Shown in pieces: positions 1 through 10,964 of a stretch of 64,000 nt of DNA. Origin of the DNA: Gammaproteobacteria bacterium (GTDB taxonomy: Bacteria; Pseudomonadota; Gammaproteobacteria; UBA4575); NCBI GenBank assembly GCA_965243395.1, contig CBDEUS010000002.1:449310-513309 (forward strand), written 5' to 3'. The position numbers and the translations under genes are program-made. The notes below the pieces were generated by a model that was given only the letters and a program-made list of their open reading frames with translations, searched no databases and had not been told where the DNA came from. The stretch's first letter is position 1. Each line of letters starts with the position of its first letter.

Positions 1-83
1 GTTAACCAAGCTTCGGTGTGCTGCATGTGAGTACTTATGATTTTTTATTATCCCCAAAGCAGATTGTAGCGGGATCTAGACGC

Positions 84-121
84 AAACGAAAATAAACCCC
101 TAAAACCGTTGGTCTTAGGGG
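84..121 (-). terminator. Probable rho-independent terminator for the LysM gene: stem CCCCTAA/TTAGGGG followed by a T-rich run on the minus strand
   Basis: Inverted repeat at 97-103/115-121 with an 11-nt loop; the reverse complement of 84-96 gives GTTTATTTTCGTT directly after the hairpin. Confidence 0.45.
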
Positions 122-144
122 CTTAGAAATTATTAATAAAATGA

Positions 145-1455
145 TTAAGGGCTAGTAGCAGAATCGCCAACTTGAATCGAACGAGTAGTCTCCATTACTA
201 ATGCATAGCTTACTTTCTCAAAAGTTCTAAACACCATGGCTCTACCTGCTGTTTCTTCCGGTAGCTCAACGTCTACAAGTGATCCAGGTTTTTCGAATGG
301 ATCCGCTACGACACGGCCCGCTTGATTGATATCTAAGACATGACCTTTTTGAATTCCGTTACGTTCTCCTACGCTTAAAGTAATGACCTGATACGTGCCT
401 ACCTGGCTAATTGCATCAAATAAAGAAATGACATGGCCATGGGTTTCTGCAGGAGGTGCATGGGGAACAAATTCTGTATCGATTTCACCAAAATTTACTG
501 GCAGTAGACGATCTCCACGTAATGCTTCACGTTTAGTTTGAGTTAAATCAAATGTTACTGGGTCATCCGCACGAATGACTTGTCCATCACCAACAATTAT
601 CGCTTCAAAGCCCAGCAATTCATCTGTTTCAGGATCATGCAATGCTTCACCTTTGCGAAACACAGTATATTGTCCTTGCGGTTCTTCTTGAAAACCCCGT
701 GCATACACGCGATCGCCTGCACCGAAAGCTAAACGCTCTTCAATCGAGCTTAGTATGTAAGGAGCACTATCAAGTGTTTCTTCGCTTACAACACGTGGAC
801 GGATAATAAATTGTTGGATAGCGGGAATGGCAATACCATAGGTTTGTGCATCAATGTTTTCACCACGAATTTTCGGAGAAAGCTTGGCAACACGTGGTCC
901 ATCATCCACTGTTAAATATGGTTTACCACCAACATAAAAAATTGAAATTACATCACCCGGAAAAATTAAATGCGGATTTTCTATTTGTGGATTGAGGTAC
1001 CAGATTTCAGGCCAATACCAAGGCTGGACTAAAAATTTATTGGACAAATCCCATAATGTGTCACCAGGTACAACAGTATATTGCTCAGGTGCAGAGGCTT
1101 TAAATTCTACATTATGCTGGTCAGGCGAGACCGGTAGATCCTCTATTCGAGGTTCATCCGCAGCATCTACTGCTTGAGTTTCGGTACTACTGACTTCAAC
1201 CGCAGGTTCATTAATTTCTATATCTGAATCACCCGTTTCGTTCGTAACCTCAGATGTTGTCGTACAAGAGGAGAGCATGGTTACCAACAGCGCGCTTGAA
1301 AAGACGCTAATGAGTTGATTGATGAATGTGCCGTGATGCTTGAATTTCCCCAGCATATTAATCCTTATCCGTTGTTGAAGACGTTTTTTTGCTAAACTAA
1401 TTAATAGTATTTTTAGGTTATTGTATGACCTTATTAAGCCCATGGTAATCTGCAA
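145..1455 (-). CDS. LysM-domain peptidoglycan-binding protein (TsaP-like), divergent from def
   Basis: LysM motif YTVVPGDTLWDLSNKF, N-terminal signal/TM segment, and the divergent position next to def-fmt as for Pseudomonas PA0020 TsaP. Confidence 0.6.
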   Translation of the reverse strand: MQITMGLIRSYNNLKILLISLAKKRLQQRIRINMLGKFKHHGTFINQLISVFSSALLVTMLSSCTTTSEVTNETGDSDIEINEPAVEVSSTETQAVDAADEPRIEDLPVSPDQHNVEFKASAPEQYTVVPGDTLWDLSNKFLVQPWYWPEIWYLNPQIENPHLIFPGDVISIFYVGGKPYLTVDDGPRVAKLSPKIRGENIDAQTYGIAIPAIQQFIIRPRVVSEETLDSAPYILSSIEERLAFGAGDRVYARGFQEEPQGQYTVFRKGEALHDPETDELLGFEAIIVGDGQVIRADDPVTFDLTQTKREALRGDRLLPVNFGEIDTEFVPHAPPAETHGHVISLFDAISQVGTYQVITLSVGERNGIQKGHVLDINQAGRVVADPFEKPGSLVDVELPEETAGRAMVFRTFEKVSYALVMETTRSIQVGDSATSP

Positions 1456-1509
1456 AAAGTATCTTATCGATGCGAGCTAGAAAGGTAATACTAAATTAAT
1501 TTATAACTA

Positions 1510-2064
1510 TTGTGTAACTTAATGGCGCTTCTACAAATTTTACACTTTCCAGACCCCAGATTGAGGAAAAAGGCTGTACCAGTCGATGAGGTGAATGATC
1601 AGATCCGACAGACGGTGGAGGATATGTTTGAGACCATGTATGACGCTCCAGGCATAGGTTTGGCGGCTACTCAGGTCGATATTCAAAAGCAGATCATTGT
1701 CATCGATGTCTCCGAAAAGCACACAGAGCCATTGTGCCTTATCAATCCTGAAATTATTGCCAAAGACGGTGAAGAGGAAATGCAGGAAGGTTGTCTATCT
1801 GTGCCAAAGATCTTCGAAAATGTGCAACGCTACGAAAACATTACCGTACGTGCGCTGGATAAAGATGGTCGGGAATATACCCTGGATGCGAATGGCCTAC
1901 TTGCGGTATGCATACAGCATGAAATGGACCATCTGGATGGCAAGTTATTTATTGACTATTTATCACCTCTTAAAATGCAACGTATTAAGAAAAAAATGCT
2001 CAAATTAAAAAAATATGAGAGCACTGAGGATGATCCCGTTGCGCAATCGGCCAAAATTATTTAA
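1510..2064 (+). CDS. def: Peptide deformylase
   Basis: Deformylase motifs [16 protein letters not shown] and HEMDHLDG; the true start is probably the internal Met at about 1522 (MALLQILHF). Confidence 0.9.
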   Translation: MCNLMALLQILHFPDPRLRKKAVPVDEVNDQIRQTVEDMFETMYDAPGIGLAATQVDIQKQIIVIDVSEKHTEPLCLINPEIIAKDGEEEMQEGCLSVPKIFENVQRYENITVRALDKDGREYTLDANGLLAVCIQHEMDHLDGKLFIDYLSPLKMQRIKKKMLKLKKYESTEDDPVAQSAKII

Positions 2065-2149
2065 AGGCATGTTTAATTCCTAGCTGCAACCCTCAGCTAT
2101 TGGGCGCCACGCCACTCTTACATGCAATTTCAAACGTATACGATCTGTT

Positions 2150-3124
2150 TTGATGAATAAAGGTCTTAACATAGTATTTGCAGGGACACCGGAATTTGCA
2201 GCGGTAGCATTACAGTCTTGTATTAGCAGTCATCACAATGTTGTTGCGGTATATACTCAACCCGATCGACCTGCAGGACGTGGCCGTAAAATTAACTATA
2301 GTCCGGTCAAACAACTGGCGCTTGATGCGGATATTCCGATATTTCAACCAGATCGTTTTGCAAATAATCAAATCGAGCAACTAAAAAGTACTGATGCTGA
2401 CCTCATGCTAGTGAGTGCGTATGGCATGCTTTTACCTATTGATGTTTTAGAAATTCCCAAGCTCGGTTGCATCAATATTCATGCTTCTTTACTGCCCAAA
2501 TGGCGTGGTGCCGCACCCATTCAGCGCGCGATTATCGCGGGGGATACACAAACCGGTATTAGTATTATGCAAATGGTTGAGGCACTTGATGCTGGTCCTG
2601 TTCTGCAAACGTTTACTTGCGATATTTATGCGAATGATACGGGGAAGAGTTTGCATGACCGTCTTGCAAAAATAGCTGCTGATGAAATTATTACTGTATT
2701 AGATTGCTTGCAAAAGCATGAATTGCAAGCCGTCGTACAAGATGAAAGTCGAGTAAGTTATGCCAATAAACTTAGTAAACAAGAAGCTAATATAGATTGG
2801 AATCAATCGGCCGTTGAGATAGAACGCAAAATCAGAGCCTTTAATGCTTGGCCGGTTGCGTATAGCTATATGAATGATCAACGAGTGAGAATTTGGCAGG
2901 CTGAGTTATGCTCTACAGCAACGCACGCACCACCAGGTGCAATTGTCACTGCCGATAAAAATGGTATTCAAGTAGCCACTGGTGAAGGTGATCTTAAGCT
3001 CAAAACCTTGCAGCTTGCCGGCGGGAAGGAAATAAGCGCACAGGATTTTATTAACGCACATAACGTAGACGGCCAGCACTTTAAATCTGATACCACTAAA
3101 AATCCTATTAAGGCTTCAGCATGA
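2150..3124 (+). CDS. fmt: Methionyl-tRNA formyltransferase
   Basis: N-terminus IVFAGTPEFA, formyltransferase fold length, and def-fmt synteny. Confidence 0.9.
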   Translation: MMNKGLNIVFAGTPEFAAVALQSCISSHHNVVAVYTQPDRPAGRGRKINYSPVKQLALDADIPIFQPDRFANNQIEQLKSTDADLMLVSAYGMLLPIDVLEIPKLGCINIHASLLPKWRGAAPIQRAIIAGDTQTGISIMQMVEALDAGPVLQTFTCDIYANDTGKSLHDRLAKIAADEIITVLDCLQKHELQAVVQDESRVSYANKLSKQEANIDWNQSAVEIERKIRAFNAWPVAYSYMNDQRVRIWQAELCSTATHAPPGAIVTADKNGIQVATGEGDLKLKTLQLAGGKEISAQDFINAHNVDGQHFKSDTTKNPIKASA

Positions 3125-3687
3125 TGAGTGTGCAAAAATTTTATAAATATGTGTTAGTGCTGATTATTCTTAGTACTTTTCTCAGTACGGGCTTAGCTAG
3201 AACCAGTGCGGTAGAAGTCAATTATTTAAATGTTGCCAAACTTAATAATGAACTTCGGTTAGATGCTGAAATTGCATACGAGTTAAATAGCGAGGTTCGG
3301 CGAGCATTAGTTAATGGAATTCCATTGATGTTTCAGGTTGAAGTACAAGTTGTGGCACTTAAAGATTGGCGTTGGGACAAAATTATTTCTTCTGTCGTCA
3401 AGACATACGAGCTTAAATACCATGCTCTTAGTAAACAATATGTTCTAGATAATCTTGAGTCTGGCGAAAGCGATAGTTATCCTGATTTGGAATCAGTGCT
3501 CATTCAGCAAGGAAGAGTTTCTGCAATGTATATTGCTGAAATAGATTACTTAGATGAACAAGAAAAGTATGTTGTGCAATTACGTGCACGTTTATTAAGT
3601 AATAAATTACCTTTGCCTTTAAGAATGAAAAGTTATTTTTCTCCTAAATGGCGTTTAAGTAGCGGGTGGCACGAATGGCCCTTATAG
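3121..3687 (+). CDS. Secreted hypothetical protein, possibly DUF4390-like as commonly found upstream of ntrY
   Basis: Signal peptide, about 188 aa, overlaps the fmt stop (ATGA) and precedes a NtrY-like kinase; the family assignment is from context only. Confidence 0.4.
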   Translation: MMSVQKFYKYVLVLIILSTFLSTGLARTSAVEVNYLNVAKLNNELRLDAEIAYELNSEVRRALVNGIPLMFQVEVQVVALKDWRWDKIISSVVKTYELKYHALSKQYVLDNLESGESDSYPDLESVLIQQGRVSAMYIAEIDYLDEQEKYVVQLRARLLSNKLPLPLRMKSYFSPKWRLSSGWHEWPL

Positions 3688-5951
3688 CTAAAGAAGCTTC
3701 AGATAATAAAATGCAAGATAAACAAGCTACGGAAAAACATACTAATTTGCGCATATGGCCAATAGTTTTCTTGTTTGTTTTATTGATGGGCTCATTGTAT
3801 TTACTAGCAGATGCTACGCGTAGTGAAACTAGTTTTGAGCAACTGCATTACTGGTTGTTTCCATTTAACGTTTTATTGCTTGCAATATTTTTAATTTTAA
3901 TTGTAGTTAATATTGCAAGATTAGGTACGCAAGTTGTCAGACGACTGCCTGGTTCACGTTTAACATTACGTTTATTGTTAATGTTTGTGTTATTAGCGAT
4001 TGTTCCTGTAGGAATCGTATATACATTTTCAATGTGGCTAATCCAAGAGGGGGTGGATAGTTGGTTTGATGCAGATGTTGAAAAAGCATTACAAGATTCT
4101 GTTGATCTAAGTCGGTCATCTCTGGATTTGCATATGCGTAAACTTCGACAACAAACCGAACCTATGGTTAGAGAGTTAGCTCAAACAACCCCATTAGATG
4201 CGCCTTTGGTGATTAACGATTTACTGCGTCGTAGTGGCGCTGCAGAAATTGTTTTGTTTACTCGAAGCAGTCGTATTATTGCCTCTGGTGGTGAAGTAGG
4301 TGCCGCCGTATTACCACGTTTACCGGGAGAAACCGTAATGCGACTGGTAAGCCAAGGGGAAACTTATGTTGGCTTAGATCCTATTAAAGATTCAGGATTA
4401 CATGTGCGCTTAGTATTTCCGATGGATGTAGGGCGTGCCACTACAGAACAACGCATGGCACAAGTGTTATATCCGATATCAGATCGAATCAGTAATTTAG
4501 CACTTGGTGTTCAAGAAGGGTTTGGTAAATATAACGAATTGGTTTATCTGCGCACCCCTCTTAAACAAAATTTTGCACTCATAATAACGTTGGTGCTGTT
4601 ATTGGGAATTTTATTCGCCGTGTGGGCCGCTTTTTATTCAGCACGCAAATTAGTGGAGCCTATAAAAGATCTAGCGCAAGGCACTAAAGCGGTTGCAGAA
4701 GGGCAATATCATAAAAAAATTCCTGTCGAACGTAATGATGACCTGGGTATGTTGGTTGCGTCTTTTAATCAAATGACAGAACGACTTTCTTTAGCCCGAG
4801 ATAAAGCTAAATTAAGTCAGCGCTTAATTGATAGTCAACGTATTTATTTGCAAACTATTTTAGAGAATTTGTCTTCAGGTGTAATAAGTCTTGATCAAAA
4901 CTTGGTGATCAAAACCGTAAATGCGACAGCATCGCAAATTTTAGGTATGGATATTAATGAATATGTAGGCCGTGACATCGCTCAGCTTTCTATGGCGAAT
5001 GAAAACCTAAAAAGTTTTTGTGACCAAATTGTACCCATGATTCAAGGGCATCAACTACAGTGGCAAGCCGAAGTAAAATTATTTGGTGCCAATCAAAATA
5101 AAACTTTAATGTGCAGAGGTGTAAAATTACCGGATGAGCCTGAACAAACTGGAGGCTATGCACTAGTGTTTGATGACATTACAGAACTCATTAGTGCACA
5201 ACGTGATTCTGCGTGGGGAGAAGTTGCACGACGCTTAGCACATGAAATCAAAAACCCGCTTACCCCGATCCAGCTATCTGCAGAGCGCCTACAACGTAAA
5301 ATATTACCTGAACTTGATCAACATGATGGCAGTATTCTGGACCGTGCGACATCTACGATAATAGAACAAGTGGAATCTATGAAAGAGATGGTTAATGATT
5401 TTGCTGATTATGCGCGTGCACCACAAATAGAAAAAACCCCGCTTGATCTAAACAAACTGATTACAGAAGTTGTTGAGCTTTATCAAAACAATACACAAAA
5501 TTTTGCTGTACTCACTTCATTAGATGAGTATCCACCATTAATATTGGGCGATAATACGCGCCTGCGTCAATTGATGCATAACCTTATTAAAAATGCATTT
5601 GAAGCAATGTCTGAAACAGATAAAGATGAAAAGCAAGTCCAAATTACTACGCGTTGTTTTGAGATTAGTGGCGTTGCATTTGTGAGTTTGGTTGTAGTAG
5701 ATGATGGTCCGGGATTTCCAGATGAAGTACTTGAACGATTATTTGAGCCCTATGTGACAACTAAAAATACGGGCAACGGTTTAGGTTTAGCAATTGTAAA
5801 GAAGATTGTGGAAGAACATGGTGGAACCATCCGTGCAGAAAATTCTCCTGATAGAGGAGCCCGAATTAAAATTCGTATACCATTAAGCACAATGCAAATG
5901 AGCGATACTGCAAGTGATATAGCAGTACGTAGCCAAGGAGACGCGGCATGA
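3666..5951 (+). CDS. ntrY: NtrY-like membrane sensor histidine kinase (TM-HAMP-PAS-HisKA-HATPase)
   Basis: Multiple N-terminal TM segments, H-box [17 protein letters not shown], and G-box DDGPGF...[18 protein letters not shown]. Confidence 0.7.
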   Translation: MARMALIAKEASDNKMQDKQATEKHTNLRIWPIVFLFVLLMGSLYLLADATRSETSFEQLHYWLFPFNVLLLAIFLILIVVNIARLGTQVVRRLPGSRLTLRLLLMFVLLAIVPVGIVYTFSMWLIQEGVDSWFDADVEKALQDSVDLSRSSLDLHMRKLRQQTEPMVRELAQTTPLDAPLVINDLLRRSGAAEIVLFTRSSRIIASGGEVGAAVLPRLPGETVMRLVSQGETYVGLDPIKDSGLHVRLVFPMDVGRATTEQRMAQVLYPISDRISNLALGVQEGFGKYNELVYLRTPLKQNFALIITLVLLLGILFAVWAAFYSARKLVEPIKDLAQGTKAVAEGQYHKKIPVERNDDLGMLVASFNQMTERLSLARDKAKLSQRLIDSQRIYLQTILENLSSGVISLDQNLVIKTVNATASQILGMDINEYVGRDIAQLSMANENLKSFCDQIVPMIQGHQLQWQAEVKLFGANQNKTLMCRGVKLPDEPEQTGGYALVFDDITELISAQRDSAWGEVARRLAHEIKNPLTPIQLSAERLQRKILPELDQHDGSILDRATSTIIEQVESMKEMVNDFADYARAPQIEKTPLDLNKLITEVVELYQNNTQNFAVLTSLDEYPPLILGDNTRLRQLMHNLIKNAFEAMSETDKDEKQVQITTRCFEISGVAFVSLVVVDDGPGFPDEVLERLFEPYVTTKNTGNGLGLAIVKKIVEEHGGTIRAENSPDRGARIKIRIPLSTMQMSDTASDIAVRSQGDAA

Positions 5952-7309
5952 GTCAAGAAAGTATTTTGGTTGTCGACGATGAGCCAGATATTCGTAATCT
6001 GGTACAAGAGATATTAGTCGATGAAGGTTACGATGTTAGTGTTGCCGAAAATACAAAAGTTGCACGTAAACATGCAAGTAGTAAACAACCCGATTTAGTT
6101 CTGCTAGATATTTGGATGCCAGGTGAAGATGGAATTAGCTTATTAAAAGATTGGCAAAGTAGCGGAGGTTTGCAATGCCCTGTAGTTATGATGTCTGGGC
6201 ATGGCACAGTTGAAACGGCAGTAGAAGCTACACGTTTAGGTGCATACGATTTTATTGAAAAGCCACTTACCATGGCAAAATTACTCGTTAGTGTAAAACG
6301 CGCATTAGAGGCGTCTGATCAGAATGAAACTTCAACTAAGAATGAAAACTTAGTAGAAGCACCAATCGGAGCAAGCTTACCTATTCAATCTTTACGTGAC
6401 CAAGCAAAAAAATTAGCCGCGCATGACAATATCTTATTTATTAAAGGTGAAACCGGAGTTGGTAAAAAGTCTTACGCTAACTTTATACATTCACTTAGCA
6501 CAAGAAAATCTAAACGCTTTATCGCTTTAAGTGAAGATAATTTTAATACTCGAGAAGCTACGAAACAATTAATTGGATCGGAAGAAGATGGTGTTATTAC
6601 ACCCGGTATATTTGAATTATCGAAAGGCGGAACAATTTTTATTAGTGATGTAGCTAAAATTAATCCGCAAGGCCAAAAATTGTTACTACGGTTACTACAA
6701 CGAAAACAATACAACCGTGTCGGCGGCAGTACTGATCTAAAATTCGATGCACGTATGATGGTAGCGACGCAACATAATTTACAGGCTGAAGTAAAAGCCA
6801 ACCGCTTTGATGACGAACTATACTTTTTATTAAACGTCATCCCAGTGCGTATCCCAGCTTTACGTGAGCACTTGCAAGATGTACCCGAATTATTGCGTTA
6901 CTACATAGATTTTTATTGTTCCAAAGACAATTATCCATATAGAAATTTTGCCATCGCAGCACAAAACCGATTGCTTCACTACACTTGGCCAGGCAATGTG
7001 CGGGAGCTTAAAAATTTAGTGCAAAGATTGCTAATCTTAAGCTCAGAGGACGAAGTTTCTGCTGAAGAAGTAGAGCAAGCACTGGAAGAACAAAATGTAG
7101 AAACTCAAAATGAAAGCGCTGCTCATGAAAAGTTATACCGACTGCCGCTAAGGGAAGCACGAGAGTCTTTTGAACGTAGTTATTTCTTATATCAGTTGAA
7201 ACAAGTCGATGGAAATATCAGTAAACTGTCCGAACGTGTTGGGCTTGAACGTACCCACCTATACCGTAAGCTTCGAGCCCTCGGCATTAATACCAAGGAA
7301 GTACAATAG
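5948..7309 (+). CDS. ntrX: NtrX-like NtrC-family response regulator with degenerate AAA+ motifs
   Basis: Receiver domain ([11 protein letters not shown]...[11 protein letters not shown]), central domain with GETGVGKK instead of GESGTGKE and no clear GAFTGA, C-terminal Fis-type HTH; overlaps the kinase stop. Confidence 0.65.
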   Translation: MSQESILVVDDEPDIRNLVQEILVDEGYDVSVAENTKVARKHASSKQPDLVLLDIWMPGEDGISLLKDWQSSGGLQCPVVMMSGHGTVETAVEATRLGAYDFIEKPLTMAKLLVSVKRALEASDQNETSTKNENLVEAPIGASLPIQSLRDQAKKLAAHDNILFIKGETGVGKKSYANFIHSLSTRKSKRFIALSEDNFNTREATKQLIGSEEDGVITPGIFELSKGGTIFISDVAKINPQGQKLLLRLLQRKQYNRVGGSTDLKFDARMMVATQHNLQAEVKANRFDDELYFLLNVIPVRIPALREHLQDVPELLRYYIDFYCSKDNYPYRNFAIAAQNRLLHYTWPGNVRELKNLVQRLLILSSEDEVSAEEVEQALEEQNVETQNESAAHEKLYRLPLREARESFERSYFLYQLKQVDGNISKLSERVGLERTHLYRKLRALGINTKEVQ

Positions 7310-7426
7310 TTACCTACCGTTCATACTGTTTAGTAGAAAAGGGCTTGCATGTCGTAATTAACACGCCTATCCTGCGCCGGCTGTAATACGACAGGGTCTA
7401 GAAGACCCGCTCGGTGAAAAAATGCT

Positions 7427-8800
7427 ATGAAAATCATAATCTTAGGTGCAGGCCAAGTAGGCGGATCGCTGGCGCTAAGCTTGGCAAATGAAAACAACGA
7501 CATTACTGTTGTCGATACCGATACCTTGATTTTGCAAGATATCCAAGACCGTGCTGATTTACGCACCATTGTCGGTGAGGCATCGCATCCTTCTGTGTTA
7601 GCTCAGGCAGGTGCGAAAGATGCGGACATGATTATTGCGCTGACTAATAGTGACGAGACAAATATGGTGGCTTGCCAAGTTGCCTATACACTTTTCCACA
7701 CACCTACAAAAATCGCACGTATACGTGCAATAGAGTATCTCACTTATAGTGATTTATTTGTGCAAGAAGCATTACCCGTAGATGTGCTTATTAGTCCTGA
7801 GCATTTAATCTCACAATATATACAGCGCTTAATTGAACATCCCGGCTCATTACAGGTTCTTGACTTTGCCAATGGCCAAATTAAATTATTAGTTATACGT
7901 GCTGAGGCCGATGGCCCTTTAATCGGTAAACGTTTAGAAGATATTTGGGAGGCCATGCCTGAAACAGAAGCAAAAGTGGTAGCGATTTATCGTAATGATG
8001 ACTCACTATCATTAGATAGTAATACTGTTATTGATGCGGAGGATGAAGTATTTTTCCTGGCATCCTCTGCAAATGCCATGACACTGACAACACAGCTACG
8101 CGGTGCTGATAAACCATACAAGCGTGTGCTACTTGCTGGCGGAGGAAACATCGGTTTTCATCTCGCCAAAGCACTAGAAAACAAATATCAAGTTAAAATT
8201 ATTGAAGCCTATCCTGAACGTGCAAATTATTTATCTGAATCGCTGGATAAGGCCATTGTTTTACAAGGGGATGCTGCAGATCAAGACATGTTAGTAGAAG
8301 AAAATATCGAAAACATGGATGTATTTTGCGCGCTCACAAATGATGATGAAGCCAATATCCTTTCTGCCATGCTGGCAAAACGCTTAGGTGCCAATAAAGT
8401 AATGTCGTTGATCAATCGCCCTAGTTATGTAGATCTGGTCGAAAGCGGCATGATTGATATTGCGATTTCACCTCAGCAAGTAACGCTAGGCACACTGTTA
8501 GCACATGTACGTAAGGGAGATATCGTTGCAGTGCATTCTTTGCGGCGCGGTGCGGCGGAAGCAATTGAAGCGGTGGCACATGGAGATAAAAAGACTTCTA
8601 AAGTAGTAGGGCGTAATATAGAGCAAATTAATCTACCCAGTGGTGCGACGATTGGTGCCATAGTTCGTGGTGATGAGGTGATGATGGCAGAAGCAGATAT
8701 CACAATCGAGTCAGAAGACCACGTGATTATCTTTTTAGCAGACAAAACTGCTGTTAAAGATATAGAAAAACTGTTTCAAGTTAGTGCAACGTTCATTTAA
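7427..8800 (+). CDS. trkA: Trk potassium uptake protein TrkA (tandem NAD-binding/RCK domains)
   Basis: MKIIILGAGQVGGSLA Rossmann motif repeated in the second half (LLAGGGNIGFHLAKAL); 457 aa. Confidence 0.9.
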   Translation: MKIIILGAGQVGGSLALSLANENNDITVVDTDTLILQDIQDRADLRTIVGEASHPSVLAQAGAKDADMIIALTNSDETNMVACQVAYTLFHTPTKIARIRAIEYLTYSDLFVQEALPVDVLISPEHLISQYIQRLIEHPGSLQVLDFANGQIKLLVIRAEADGPLIGKRLEDIWEAMPETEAKVVAIYRNDDSLSLDSNTVIDAEDEVFFLASSANAMTLTTQLRGADKPYKRVLLAGGGNIGFHLAKALENKYQVKIIEAYPERANYLSESLDKAIVLQGDAADQDMLVEENIENMDVFCALTNDDEANILSAMLAKRLGANKVMSLINRPSYVDLVESGMIDIAISPQQVTLGTLLAHVRKGDIVAVHSLRRGAAEAIEAVAHGDKKTSKVVGRNIEQINLPSGATIGAIVRGDEVMMAEADITIESEDHVIIFLADKTAVKDIEKLFQVSATFI

Positions 8801-8888
8801 TTTAGGTTAATAGTCCTACATCGCGATTTACAAAACGCGTTTCCGTTAAATATTTTTTAATATTTACATTTTATCTAAATACTAACTC

Positions 8889-10340
8889 ATGCAAAGACAA
8901 GTCATTCAACGTGTATTAGGAATTTTGCTGGCTTGGTTTAGTGTCACGATGCTGCCGCCTATACTTGTTGATCAAATTTATACGGAGCATGCTTATACAC
9001 CTTTTCTATTAGCATTTATTATCACTTTAGTTACTGGGTTGTTATTGTGGTATCCGGTAAGAACTTACCGGGATGATTTACGTTTACGTGATGGATTTTT
9101 AATCGTTGTTTTATTTTGGACAGTACTAGGATTATTTGGCGCACTACCACTAATATTTAGCAGTGCTCTTTCTATTGGCATTACGGACTCTATCTTTGAA
9201 TCGATTTCAGGTTTAACCACAACGGGTGCCACGGTAATCACAAATCTAGATGAATTACCCAAATCGATTTTATTTTACAGACAAGCTTTACAATGGTTAG
9301 GCGGTATGGGAATTATTGTACTGGCTGTGGCCATTCTACCTATGCTTGGGGTGGGCGGTATGCAATTGTATCGTGCAGAAACACCTGGCCCAGTAAAAGA
9401 TACAAAGCTTACACCACGAATAAAAGAGACTGCAAAAGCACTTTGGTATATCTATTTATCCTTAACCGTTGCATGTGCAATAAGTTATTGGTTGGCTGGG
9501 ATGAATGTATTTGACGCTATTGGGCATAGCTTCTCTACAGTAGCAATTGGCGGTTTTTCTACACATGATGAAAGCATAGGGCATTTTCGCAGCGCATCGA
9601 TTGAAACCGTTGCCATTATTTTCATGTTGCTGTCAGGTTTAAATTTTGGTTTGCATTTTATAACTTGGAAATCACAAAGTTTACGACACTACTTTCAAGA
9701 TGCAGAATTTAAAACCTATTTTTTTGTAATCATCTCTATTACTACAATTACGGCATTATTTTTACGTCTTGGAGAAGTGTATTTAAGTTGGGGCGATGCT
9801 TTTTCTAAAGCAGTGTTTCACTCCGTTTCAATTGCTACTACAACTGGGTTTACCACGTCCCAATATCATTTTTGGCCAAGCTTCTTACCATTACTATTAT
9901 TGTTAGCAAGTTTTATCGGAGGTTGTACTGGCTCAACGGGTGGTGGCATGAAGGTAATCCGAGTGCTTCTGTTGGTAAAACAAGGCATGCGAGAAATGCA
10001 GCGGTTGATTCACCCAAATGCAAAAATTGCTGTAAAAATCGGGTCGAAAGCTGTTGATGGCCGCGTGATTGAAGCGGTGTGGGGGTTTTTCTCGGCCTAT
10101 ATCGGAGTTTTTGTGGTGATGCTTTTGCTACTCATGGCCTCAGGATTAGATCAAGTAACGGCCTTTTCCGCAGTTACCGCAACGCTTAATAATTTAGGCC
10201 CAGGATTAGGAGAAGTGGGCGCCAACTACACGAGTATTAATAATTTTAGTAAATGGGTATTGTGTTTAGGTATGTTGCTTGGACGCCTCGAAATTTTCAC
10301 ACTACTCGTTATCCTAACCCCAGCATTTTGGCGCAGGTGA
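8889..10340 (+). CDS. trkH: Trk potassium transporter membrane subunit TrkH
   Basis: 483-aa polytopic membrane protein with TrkH-type GxGG selectivity-like loops (TTTGAT, TTTGFT), directly after trkA. Confidence 0.85.
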   Translation: MQRQVIQRVLGILLAWFSVTMLPPILVDQIYTEHAYTPFLLAFIITLVTGLLLWYPVRTYRDDLRLRDGFLIVVLFWTVLGLFGALPLIFSSALSIGITDSIFESISGLTTTGATVITNLDELPKSILFYRQALQWLGGMGIIVLAVAILPMLGVGGMQLYRAETPGPVKDTKLTPRIKETAKALWYIYLSLTVACAISYWLAGMNVFDAIGHSFSTVAIGGFSTHDESIGHFRSASIETVAIIFMLLSGLNFGLHFITWKSQSLRHYFQDAEFKTYFFVIISITTITALFLRLGEVYLSWGDAFSKAVFHSVSIATTTGFTTSQYHFWPSFLPLLLLLASFIGGCTGSTGGGMKVIRVLLLVKQGMREMQRLIHPNAKIAVKIGSKAVDGRVIEAVWGFFSAYIGVFVVMLLLLMASGLDQVTAFSAVTATLNNLGPGLGEVGANYTSINNFSKWVLCLGMLLGRLEIFTLLVILTPAFWRR

Positions 10341-10359
10341 ATACACATATTATTAAAAT

Positions 10360-10950
10360 ATGAAAGATGTTGAAGCTGAAAAAAAATGGGATAAAGTGTA
10401 CGTCACACAAGATAGTTCAGATGTTAATTTAATAAACCCTGCCGAAGTTTTACTTCAACACACAAGCTTATTACCCGAGACTGGAACAGCACTTGATCTT
10501 GCTTGTGGTTTAGGCGCAAATGCAATTTATTTAGCCAAACATGGTTTAACAACGCATGCCTGGGATATTTCTACTCAGGCAATAGACAAACTGCAAACTT
10601 ATTGTAGTGAAAATGATATTACAGTGATTGCAGAAGCTCGAGATGTAGAGGAGCGGCCACCAGAAGAAGAATCATTTGATGTAATTTGTGTCAGCTATTA
10701 CTTAGAGCGTTCGATTATTTCTAATATCATTGCTGCGTTAAAACCTAAAGGTCTATTGTTTTATCAAACTTTCGTTAAAGAAAGCGTCACAGACACAGGC
10801 CCTAAAAATCCTGCATATCGACTAGGAGATAACGAGTTGCTTACACTATTTTCATCACTACATATTTTGGCTTACCAAGATTACGGACGTGTAGGTAATT
10901 TAAATACTGGCTTAAGAAATATTGCAATGCTGGTTGCCCAAAAAAGGTAA
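10360..10950 (+). CDS. Class I SAM-dependent methyltransferase (small, TehB/UbiE-like)
   Basis: Motif I LDLACGLGANAIYLA and a later acidic motif; 196 aa. Confidence 0.6.
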   Translation: MKDVEAEKKWDKVYVTQDSSDVNLINPAEVLLQHTSLLPETGTALDLACGLGANAIYLAKHGLTTHAWDISTQAIDKLQTYCSENDITVIAEARDVEERPPEEESFDVICVSYYLERSIISNIIAALKPKGLLFYQTFVKESVTDTGPKNPAYRLGDNELLTLFSSLHILAYQDYGRVGNLNTGLRNIAMLVAQKR

Positions 10951-10964
10951 ATCAGAAATTATTT

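Noticed and set aside
992-1177. 61-aa plus-strand ORF inside the LysM gene (and similar antisense or alternative-frame ORFs at 1540-1722, 1697-2008, 2481-2675, 9872-10057, 14638-14880, 24924-25252, 32249-33113, 57744-58055 and others)
   Set aside because: These are fully embedded in longer ORFs that have clear protein-family motifs. They are typical spurious opposite-strand or alternative-frame ORFs.
5948-7309. Calling the NtrC-family regulator a bona fide sigma-54 activator
   Set aside because: Walker A is degenerate and GAFTGA is not visible, so it is annotated as NtrX-like rather than a functional enhancer-binding protein.
10360-10950. Small SAM methyltransferase as the missing DISARM methylase
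   Set aside because: It is a 196-aa class I small-molecule-type MTase, 40 kb away in the core region between trkH and pip, with no DNA-MTase target-recognition domain.
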